This document shows positions 39,259 to 46,957 of a DNA stretch of 64,000 nucleotides, piece after piece (position 1 is the stretch's first letter; every line of letters starts with the position of its first letter). The notes beneath the pieces are model-generated. The model was not told where the DNA came from. It ran no database searches and saw only the letters and a list, made by a program, of their open reading frames with translations. Source of the stretch: Rhodanobacter sp. (GTDB lineage: Bacteria; Pseudomonadota; Gammaproteobacteria; Xanthomonadales; Rhodanobacteraceae); the NCBI GenBank assembly GCA_050737735.1, contig JBOHYM010000031.1, positions 18,132 to 82,131 on the forward strand, given 5' to 3'. Made by a program: the position numbers and the translations under genes.

Positions 39259-39669
39259 ATGCCAAACAGCAATATCACAGTGGTGCTGGATGTTTGCAAC
39301 TTCCACAACAACGGCGGTGGGTGGACCAATATAAGTGCCGCTAACGGCAGCGCCTACAGCTACAAATATTCCGGCGGCAACGACCCCGACCACAGCAATG
39401 CGAACGGGCATATAAGGCACACCGTCAGCCATGGTGTCGCCACCATCGAAGTGCAGTTGCAATGCGACCCACGTTACGTGTTCAACCAAACCTCCTTCGA
39501 GGGAAATAACCAAGGCCAACTAGGATGGGTAGGCACCGAACCGAGAAGACGGACAATCACGAATCAATGCACCCAGGCGATCACTGCGAATTACAAGATA
39601 AAAATCAGGGATACGACTGCCGGCACTACTCTCGATTGCGATCCAGCGATCAGAAATGTACCGGCCTAG
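39259..39669 (+). CDS. Small beta-rich hypothetical protein (DP-EP/DUF1888-like), partner 2
   Basis: 136 aa, SD GGGAG, no signal peptide; starts MPNSNITVVLDV, ends DCDPAIRNVPA. Confidence 0.75.
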   Translation: MPNSNITVVLDVCNFHNNGGGWTNISAANGSAYSYKYSGGNDPDHSNANGHIRHTVSHGVATIEVQLQCDPRYVFNQTSFEGNNQGQLGWVGTEPRRRTITNQCTQAITANYKIKIRDTTAGTTLDCDPAIRNVPA

Positions 39670-39677
39670 CAGACAAA

Positions 39678-39769
39678 AGAATCAGGTTCATTTTTGGCGT
39701 ACTTCCCGTGCGGGATAGTGAACCTGATTCTCTGGTGACAGATGAGAGCAACGGGCCAGATTCATTTTT
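39678..39769. repeat. Cassette-boundary inverted repeat, copy 2, plus an extra half-site
   Basis: AGAATCAGGTTCA (39678-90) / TGAACCTGATTCT (39719-31) perfect 13-bp arms; related GGGCCAGATTCATTTTT at 39753-69. Confidence 0.7.
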
Positions 39770-39879
39770 TCAAGAGTTTGGCGCGCCAACCAACAAGCCG
39801 ACCCATAAGTATTCGGAAGACAGGTGCTACCGCAAGGAACTACTTGAACAGGCAACAACGTTCTGGAGTGCAGCAAGTC

Positions 39880-40086
39880 ATGACGCAGCCCCTCTCGATA
39901 CCGGCTTTCCGCTATCGCGCCTTCATCAGCTACAGCCACCAGGAAAAGGCCTGGGCCGACTGGCTGCACAAGGTGCTGGTAACCTGCGCAAGCCCGAAGC
40001 GGTTGATCGGCCAGACCACGATGGCCGGCGTGATCTGCTGGCATCTCGCGCCGAGCTTCCGCGACCGCGACAATGCCAACCACTGA
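39880..40086 (+). pseudogene. Truncated third TIR copy (68 aa)
   Basis: MTQPLSIPAFRYRAFISYSHQEKAWADWLHK..LAPSFRDRD; homology stops abruptly before the catalytic Glu; the stop overlaps the next gene by 14 nt. Confidence 0.85.
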
Positions 40087-41797
40087 CTGCCCAACTCCGA
40101 TCTCGGTGCCGCTGGTGATCGGCGTCACCAGCCACCGCAATATTTCCGCAAGCGAAATCGAGCCGATCCGGCAACGTGTGCGAGACTTTTTTGCCCGACT
40201 GAAGCGCGAACTTCCCGAGTTGCCGCTGGTGCTGCTGTCGGCCCTGGCCGAGGGCGGCGATCAGCTGGTGGCGCAGGAAGCGCTCGCTGCCGGTGCGCGC
40301 CTGCTGGCTCCGTTGCCATTGCCGCGGGAACTGTACGCGGACGACTTCACCGATCCGGCAGCACGCGTCGGCTTCGACAGCTTGTGTGCACAGGCCGAAG
40401 TCGTGCAGTTGCCGCTGCGGGCGGGGCAATCGCTGCACGATGTCAGTTCGCCCGGCACCGCGCGCGACCGCCAGTACGCCCAGGCCGGGGTCTACATCGC
40501 CAGCCATTGCCACATCCTGCTGGCGATATGGGACGGCAAACCCTCGACCCGGATCGGCGGCACCGCTCAGATCGTGAAGTATCACCTGAGCGGTGCGATG
40601 CCCGGCCAGAGCGATCGACGCCGCAGCGCACGTCACGAACTGGGCGCCGGCGACGAACACCTGCTCTACCATATCGTCTGTTCGCGCAATGCTGCCGACG
40701 GCGCACCCGCCGCCGGCCTGGAGCCGTTGCAGACGCTGTGGCGCAGCACCGACACGGCGGTGGCGACGGACCCGGGCAAGCCGGCCGAGTTCCATCGGAT
40801 GTTCGCGCACATGGCCGAGTTCAATGCCGACTGCGCGAAGTACGCTGCCGCCATCGATGCCGCAGCACCAGAGGCACGTGATGCGCCGGCAGATGTCTCG
40901 ACGAACGTCGACCGCCTGTTCCACGCCGCCGACTGGCTGGCGATCCATTTCCAGAAACGGGTACTGCTGGCGCTGCGTTCGACCTATACGCTGGCCGCGC
41001 TGATGGGTATTGCGTTCACCTGCTACGCGCATCTGCCGCAACAGAACTACCTGATCTACCTGTTCCTGCTGTTGTTCGCGCTTGGCGCCTTCGTGGCCGT
41101 GCTCGCCCGTCGCCGCGACTGGCATCGCAAGTATCTGGACTATCGCGCGCTGGCGGAGGGCCTGCGCATCCAGTCGTACTGGCGGCGCGCGGGCATCTCG
41201 GTGAACAGCGAGCATGAATTCGCGCATGACAACTTTTTGCAGAAACAGAACGTCGAACTCGGCTGGATCCGCAACGTGATGCGTGCCTCCGCCCTGTATC
41301 CACCCACCGGCCCGGCAGAACCCGCATCGCCCGAGCTGGCGCGTGTCATTGCGGAATGGGTGGGCGAATCGGGCAAATCGGGACAACTCCATTACTACGA
41401 ACGCAAGACCGCCGAGCGCACCGGCCTGCACCATGTCACCGAGACGATCGGATCGATCAGCCTGTGGGGTGGCATAACCATCAGTGTGTTCCTCGCCGCG
41501 TTCGTGTTCAGGCTTTCGGATGAAGCGAAAACCATCCTGGTGACGGTGATGGCGGTGCTGTCGATCATCGCCGCGGTGCGCGAGGCCTATGCCTACCGCA
41601 AGGCCGACAAGGAACTGATCAAGCAGTACCGCTTCATGCAGCGCATCTTCGCCAGCGCGCGCGCGGCGCTGGACCGCACGCATGATCCGGTAGAGCAGCG
41701 CGAGATCCTGCTCTCGCTGGGCGATGCGGCGCTGACCGAGCACGCGGAGTGGACGCTGATGCAGCGCGAGCGGCAGGTGGAACAAGGCAAGCTGTGA
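40073..41797 (+). CDS. YpsA-like SLOG domain fused to two 2TM (SLATT/DUF4231-like) effector modules
   Basis: IGVTSHR, SALAEGGDQL and LAIWDG..GGTAQIV SLOG motifs; four TM helices in two pairs; WHRKYLDYRALAEGLR, GQLHYY and EHAEW motifs. Confidence 0.75.
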   Translation: MPTTDCPTPISVPLVIGVTSHRNISASEIEPIRQRVRDFFARLKRELPELPLVLLSALAEGGDQLVAQEALAAGARLLAPLPLPRELYADDFTDPAARVGFDSLCAQAEVVQLPLRAGQSLHDVSSPGTARDRQYAQAGVYIASHCHILLAIWDGKPSTRIGGTAQIVKYHLSGAMPGQSDRRRSARHELGAGDEHLLYHIVCSRNAADGAPAAGLEPLQTLWRSTDTAVATDPGKPAEFHRMFAHMAEFNADCAKYAAAIDAAAPEARDAPADVSTNVDRLFHAADWLAIHFQKRVLLALRSTYTLAALMGIAFTCYAHLPQQNYLIYLFLLLFALGAFVAVLARRRDWHRKYLDYRALAEGLRIQSYWRRAGISVNSEHEFAHDNFLQKQNVELGWIRNVMRASALYPPTGPAEPASPELARVIAEWVGESGKSGQLHYYERKTAERTGLHHVTETIGSISLWGGITISVFLAAFVFRLSDEAKTILVTVMAVLSIIAAVREAYAYRKADKELIKQYRFMQRIFASARAALDRTHDPVEQREILLSLGDAALTEHAEWTLMQRERQVEQGKL

Positions 41798-41854
41798 TCC
41801 CTGCCGGCACGAGCGCCGGCACCCCACGATGCCGGTATCAGGTCGTCACGCCCT

Positions 41855-42940
41855 TCATGCGTTGCCTTTCCTGGCAAGCAACGTCAGAAATTCATCATCC
41901 CGGACGTTGGCGACCGACCATGCCAGCCGTAGTCGCATCATCGTGGGCAATCGCCGCGGCTGGCCGCCGTCGGGCGACTTGCCCAGTTGCATCCGCAGAC
42001 TGGCCAGATACATGGATTGCCGGACGGCCGTGCGGCGCTTCGTTTCGATGTTCTCGAAGCCAGCAGCCTGCAGCAGGCTGATCAGCCCCGTTCGACTGAA
42101 CAGCACCAGATGCCTTGGCGTTTCCAGGCCGCGCCAGTTCCTGCCCCAGCGCTGAGCGCCACGGCTCTCGATGTTCGGGGTGTCGATGAAAAGCGCACCA
42201 TCCGGTTTCAGCAGGCGATGGACGGCCTGGATGAACGGCACGGGTTCATGCAGATGCTCCAGCACATGACTCAGCGAGATCGCATCGAAGACGCCGGGCT
42301 CGTCGGCGAACAGCCCGACGGAACCCACCCTGGCATCGAGGCCGCGCTGCTTCGCAGCGGCGACCGCCGCAGGATCAGGATCGACGCCCGCCACGTCCCA
42401 GCCCGCATCGCGCGCATTGAACAGGAAGTCGCCGTTGCCACAGCCGATATCCAGCAGCTTCTGGCCCGGCTGTGGCTTCGGCAAAAAGCGAAACTCGGCA
42501 TCGCGCTTCTGTCGTCGAAGCGGCAACACCTTCGCCAGCCAGACACCTACCCTGCTGGCGGGTTGGCGCTGGGTGCCATAACGCGCGTTCACGTAACCGT
42601 TGGTCAGCGCCCGCTTCAGGTGTCGCACGATGCCTGGCTTGTCCGACGGGGTCCGCGGTCCATCGGCGTTGTGTGTGTAGTAGTCCCCGTAGGCCTTGCC
42701 GATGCTCGCCTCGCTCGGCCGCGGATCGAGATACGCGCTGTGGCAATGGGTACAGCGGTAAAGCATCCAGCGGCCCGGCGCCACAAAGAACGCGTTGTCC
42801 ACCAGATCCTGCTGCAGCAGTTCGCGCGCCGTGCCACGGCAGACCGGGCACGCGGACACGTGCTCCAGTTCGTCGGCAGGCCAGGGCTGCTGCCATGCCG
42901 GCGTGGATTCCGATCCCTTGTCTTCGATGGTTTCCGGCAT
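41855..42940 (-). CDS. Class I SAM-dependent methyltransferase with N-terminal Zn ribbon
   Basis: CPVC..CTHC, LLDIGCGNG, SHVLEH, PRHLVLFS. Confidence 0.88.
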   Translation of the reverse strand: MPETIEDKGSESTPAWQQPWPADELEHVSACPVCRGTARELLQQDLVDNAFFVAPGRWMLYRCTHCHSAYLDPRPSEASIGKAYGDYYTHNADGPRTPSDKPGIVRHLKRALTNGYVNARYGTQRQPASRVGVWLAKVLPLRRQKRDAEFRFLPKPQPGQKLLDIGCGNGDFLFNARDAGWDVAGVDPDPAAVAAAKQRGLDARVGSVGLFADEPGVFDAISLSHVLEHLHEPVPFIQAVHRLLKPDGALFIDTPNIESRGAQRWGRNWRGLETPRHLVLFSRTGLISLLQAAGFENIETKRRTAVRQSMYLASLRMQLGKSPDGGQPRRLPTMMRLRLAWSVANVRDDEFLTLLARKGNA

Positions 42941-43009
42941 GCCCTGATCCACGCGTTCCAGCTCAAGCGGTAGCAGCGGCGGACAGTGCCACACGAAGAC
43001 GGCACGTGC

Positions 43010-44167
43010 CTAGCGCAAGTCCTCACGTTGCAGCAGCCGTTCACAAATCGCCCGGTAGATCGCCGGCAACCGCTCCAGCTCGTCCAGCGCGATGCACTCG
43101 TCGACCTTGTGGATCGTCGCATTGACCGGACCGATCTCGACGACTTCGGCACCCATCGGTGCAATGAAACGACCGTCCGAGGTGCCACCGCCCGTGCTCT
43201 GTTCGGGATCGAGACCACACAGATCGCGACACACCTCCACCACCGTCTCGCGCAGCACGCCACCAGGCGGAGTGAGGAACGGCTCGCCGGACAGGTTCCA
43301 GTCGAGTGCGAAATCCAGACCGTGCCGATGCAGGACCGCCTCGGTACGCGCACGCAGATCCTCGGCGCGGCTGGCGGTGGAGTAGCGGAAATTGATCAAC
43401 GCCTTCAACTCGCCCGGAATCACGTTGTTGGCGCCGGTGCCCGCGTTGAGGTTGGAGACCTGGAACGAGGTGGGCGGGAAATCATGGTTGCCCTCGTCCC
43501 AGCGTTCGGCGGCCAGCTCGGCCAGCGCCGGCGCGAAGGCATGGATCGGGTTCAACGCTTTCTCCGGATACGCCACATGCCCCTGTACACCGCGCACGCT
43601 GAGCGTGCCCGACAACGAACCGCGCCGGCCTACCCGGATCAGGTCACCGAGTTTTTCCTTCGCCGACGGTTCGCCCACCACGCACCAGTCGATGCGCTCG
43701 CCACTGGCACGGAAATGCTCCACCACCTTGCGCACGCCGTCGAGGTTGGTCGGCCCTTCCTCGTCGCTGGTCAGCAGCAGGGCGACCCGGCCGCGGTGAT
43801 CAGGATGCGCCGTCGCAAACTGTTCCAGCGCCACCACCATCGCCGCCACCCCGCCCTTCATGTCGGCCGCGCCACGGCCGTATAGACGGCCATCGCGGAT
43901 CGTCGGTTCGAACGGCGGGCTCTGCCATGCGGTTTCCGGACCACTGGGCACCACGTCGACATGGCCAAGAAAGGCCAGCGTCGGTGCCGATGACGCCTGC
44001 CCGCCATGTACGGCCCACAGGTTGTCGACCTCGCCGTAGCGCAGGTGCTCGACGCGAAAGCCCACCCGCTGCAGGCGTTCCCCGATCAGCCGCAGGCAAC
44101 CGGCATCATCGGGCGTCACCGAACGGCGGCGGATCAAGTCGCAGGCAAGATCGAGGACAGCGGACAT
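43010..44167 (-). CDS. dapE: Succinyl-diaminopimelate desuccinylase
   Basis: [61 protein letters not shown]. Confidence 0.96.
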   Translation of the reverse strand: MSAVLDLACDLIRRRSVTPDDAGCLRLIGERLQRVGFRVEHLRYGEVDNLWAVHGGQASSAPTLAFLGHVDVVPSGPETAWQSPPFEPTIRDGRLYGRGAADMKGGVAAMVVALEQFATAHPDHRGRVALLLTSDEEGPTNLDGVRKVVEHFRASGERIDWCVVGEPSAKEKLGDLIRVGRRGSLSGTLSVRGVQGHVAYPEKALNPIHAFAPALAELAAERWDEGNHDFPPTSFQVSNLNAGTGANNVIPGELKALINFRYSTASRAEDLRARTEAVLHRHGLDFALDWNLSGEPFLTPPGGVLRETVVEVCRDLCGLDPEQSTGGGTSDGRFIAPMGAEVVEIGPVNATIHKVDECIALDELERLPAIYRAICERLLQREDLR

Positions 44168-44237
44168 GGGGCACTCGCAGGGCGCAGGGAGTCAACGGCG
44201 CGTGCAGCATACCAAGCGCAGGCAGGCGCTGGCCCGA

Positions 44238-45302
44238 TCAACCAGCCAGCACCACCCCGAGCAGATGACCCACCGCATAGGTGATCGCCGCTGCCGCCGC
44301 CGTGATGCCGAACTGGCGCGCGATCGAGAACAGCATGCTGCGGCCGGTGAACAGCGAGGTGCCGATGCCGATCAGCGCCAGTCCGACGGCAGTGCCGCCG
44401 ATGCTGGCCAGCAACGCGGCGCGACCACCGAGAAAGAAGTACGGTGCCACCGGGAACAGCGCACCGCACGCGAACAGGCAGAACGATGAGACTGCCGCAC
44501 CATACGCCGAGCCGCCGAGTTCGCCAGGGTCGATCCCCAGATCCTCACGTACCAGCATGTCCAGTGCCGCCCGCGGCGTCTCGGCGATATGTTCGGCCAG
44601 ATGCTCGGCCGCCGCCGGCTGCAGCCCCTTCTCGCGGTAGATGCCGGCGATATGCTGCAAGCCATCTTCCGGCGCTACCGCGAGGCGCTCGGCCCGCTCG
44701 GTGATCTGCGCCTGATAGAACTCGCGCGAGCTGTTCACCGACAGCCATTCGCCCAGCGCCATCGAGCACGCGCCGGCAACCAAACCGGCCAGACCCGCCA
44801 GTAGCACCGCGCGATCACCGGACGCGGCGCCGGCCATGCCCATCACCAGGCTGACGTTGGAGACCAGGCCATCGTTGGCACCGAGCACCGCGGCACGCAG
44901 CGTGTTGCCACTCTGCATGCGATGCCGGTGGCCGTGCCCGTCCGGGCCACTCGCGGGGATGAAGTGATCGCGATGACCGCTACGATCGACCGGTGTGTCG
45001 TCGTGGTCGGCATGCTCCAGTCGCACCACGGTCGGCATCACGAACTCGGTACCGAAACGCCGGGCGAACCAGCCCAACGCGCGCACGCGCGGGCCGATGC
45101 GCGTCGGCGGCACGACTTCGCCCAGCTCGCGCAGACGCGCCTCCCAGAACTGCGCATTGCCCTGTTCGCCCGCAGCGATGCGCTGGTAGGCACGGCTCAG
45201 GCGCGCGTCCGTCGCCAGCGCGGCCAGCTGCGCGTACAACGCCGCATTGTCGCGCTCGATGCGCAGGTTGTCGCGGAACCGCCGTGCACGGTGATCGCTC
45301 AT
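44238..45302 (-). CDS. VIT1/CCC1 transporter with N-terminal ferritin-like domain
   Basis: LRAAVLGANDGLVS, GACSMALGEWLSV; N-terminal ERDNAALY..E..NA helical domain; His-rich linker. Confidence 0.88.
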   Translation of the reverse strand: MSDHRARRFRDNLRIERDNAALYAQLAALATDARLSRAYQRIAAGEQGNAQFWEARLRELGEVVPPTRIGPRVRALGWFARRFGTEFVMPTVVRLEHADHDDTPVDRSGHRDHFIPASGPDGHGHRHRMQSGNTLRAAVLGANDGLVSNVSLVMGMAGAASGDRAVLLAGLAGLVAGACSMALGEWLSVNSSREFYQAQITERAERLAVAPEDGLQHIAGIYREKGLQPAAAEHLAEHIAETPRAALDMLVREDLGIDPGELGGSAYGAAVSSFCLFACGALFPVAPYFFLGGRAALLASIGGTAVGLALIGIGTSLFTGRSMLFSIARQFGITAAAAAITYAVGHLLGVVLAG

Positions 45303-45317
45303 GTCGGCACCCCGGTA

Positions 45318-45815
45318 TCAGCCATCGAGTTCGTCGCCATGCTGGCCGAGGTAGACCAGGGCGACCAGCAGCACCACCACAAAGCGGAACGCGCTGGCCA
45401 AGCCGTTCCACTGCGTGGACATCCACATGCCAAACCATTCGCCGCCGATCGCCATGAAGCCGCCCAGCCAAAGCAGCACGCCGAGCGTGAGGCCGGCCAC
45501 GGCGGCGCGCCCAGCCCGCCGGAACGTCGCGGCCGTAGCCTGCCGCGCACGCCACAGACGCCACGCGCCCGCGCCGCACAGCACGGCGGCCAACGACTCG
45601 GCGGCGATGATCAGCAGGTAGGCGGCATGCTGCAGCAGCGGCGAATGGATGGCGCGGTAATGGATGCCGGCATCGGGAAAGATCGAGTCCATTGCCAGCA
45701 CGTGCTGCACGAAGGGGAGGTTGCTGCCGTAGTCGGTGAGGTTGCCGAACGCGACCAGCGCCAGCCACAGCGCGATCGTGGCCACCACGGCAATCTTTGA
45801 CAGTCGCATCGGCAT
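45318..45815 (-). CDS. DUF2165 family small integral membrane protein
   Basis: GNLTDYGSNLPFVQHVLAMD, IGGEWFGMWMS..WNG. Confidence 0.85.
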   Translation of the reverse strand: MPMRLSKIAVVATIALWLALVAFGNLTDYGSNLPFVQHVLAMDSIFPDAGIHYRAIHSPLLQHAAYLLIIAAESLAAVLCGAGAWRLWRARQATAATFRRAGRAAVAGLTLGVLLWLGGFMAIGGEWFGMWMSTQWNGLASAFRFVVVLLVALVYLGQHGDELDG

Positions 45816-45816
45816 C

Positions 45817-46176
45817 TCAGCGCCCGAACAGTTTCTTGAAGCCGTTGTCGGTAAAGCCCACGCTCACCGTGCCATCGGACTGCAACACCACCGGGCGGCG
45901 GATCAGCGCGGGATATTCCTTCAGCAGCAAGGTCCATTCCGGATCGCTGCCTGGGTTCTTGCGTTGCGGCAGCAGGTTGCGCCAGGTGGTGCCGGCTTTG
46001 TTGACCAGTTTCTCCCAGCCGCCAAGCTGCTGCGCCCAGTCCTTCAGCGTCACTGCCGGCACCGGGTTGGCGCGGTAGTCGACGAAGCTGTGCTCCACCT
46101 CGAAACGGGTGAGCCAGTTGCGCGCCTTCTTGCAGGTGTCGCAGTTGGGCAGGCCGTAAAGCGTGGCGATGGTCAT
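45817..46176 (-). CDS. ArsC/Spx-like (YffB) reductase family protein
   Basis: YGLPNCDTCKKAR, LVNKAGTTWR, LIRRPV. Confidence 0.9.
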   Translation of the reverse strand: MTIATLYGLPNCDTCKKARNWLTRFEVEHSFVDYRANPVPAVTLKDWAQQLGGWEKLVNKAGTTWRNLLPQRKNPGSDPEWTLLLKEYPALIRRPVVLQSDGTVSVGFTDNGFKKLFGR

Positions 46177-46946
46177 CGATCCGTATCCGTTTTCGGTTGT
46201 TGCTGCTTCAGCATGCGCAGGATGAAGTAGAAGGTCGCCGCAGCGGCCAGGTGCTTGAGGGTGTGCCCGCTGATGATGCCCGTGGTCAGCCGGAATATCG
46301 ACGCATCGAATTTCTCGCAGACGAAAGCCACGGCATAGCAGGCCAGCGCTGGAAACAACAGCCGGCGCCCGGTCCACGGTGTCGGCAACAGCATGAGCGC
46401 AAGCAGGATCAGCAAGATCGCACCACCCTGCGCGAGCAGGTACGGCAGCAGGTTGTCGCTGAGTTTCCAGTACACCACACTGCCCACGCCAAGCAGGGTC
46501 AATACCAGCAACGGCAGGTCCGAACGCCAGCGCAGTCGTTCGGCGCAGGTCGCCGCCAGTAACGGCATGAACACCAGCGTCATCGGCAGGCGGTCCCACA
46601 CCAGCCGTACATCCGAGGGCGCCCAGTGGTAGTAGCCCGAACCGAACGCGGTGAACACGAGGCCCAGGAACATCAGGCCATAGGCATGGCGTGCTGCTAT
46701 CTCCATCGCACGTATCGTCGGTGTGCGCATGGCAGCCAGACCCACCAGCCCGACCAGCAGGAACATTACGTTGGAAGCCACATCCCCGTAATTGGGAATG
46801 CCCAGCCATGCACGCTTGTCGGCGAAGTCGTGATAACCCTGCGGCTGGGCGAACGGCGGCAACACGAACGCGAGAACCAGCAGCACCACAGCCACCAGCG
46901 CCAACACATAAGCGCGACGCGGCATGAGCATGGACCTGGCGGCCAT
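46173..46946 (-). CDS. Ceramidase-like (CREST superfamily) membrane protein
   Basis: DVASN, GSGYYHWAP, LVWDRLPM, SGHTLKH; start could also be 46931. Confidence 0.8.
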   Translation of the reverse strand: MAARSMLMPRRAYVLALVAVVLLVLAFVLPPFAQPQGYHDFADKRAWLGIPNYGDVASNVMFLLVGLVGLAAMRTPTIRAMEIAARHAYGLMFLGLVFTAFGSGYYHWAPSDVRLVWDRLPMTLVFMPLLAATCAERLRWRSDLPLLVLTLLGVGSVVYWKLSDNLLPYLLAQGGAILLILLALMLLPTPWTGRRLLFPALACYAVAFVCEKFDASIFRLTTGIISGHTLKHLAAAATFYFILRMLKQQQPKTDTDR

Positions 46947-46957
46947 CGGCGACCCGT

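Noticed and set aside
36885-39731. Cassette-boundary inverted repeats as integron attC sites
   Set aside because: attC needs RYYYAAC on the left and GTTRRRY on the right. Here the GTT arm is on the left and the AAC arm on the right, and no integrase is in the window.
39880-41797. Programmed +1 frameshift producing a TIR-SLOG-SLATT fusion
   Set aside because: The TIR part ends before its catalytic Glu and half its fold, and no slippery sequence is visible at 40060-40086; a deletion explains it better.
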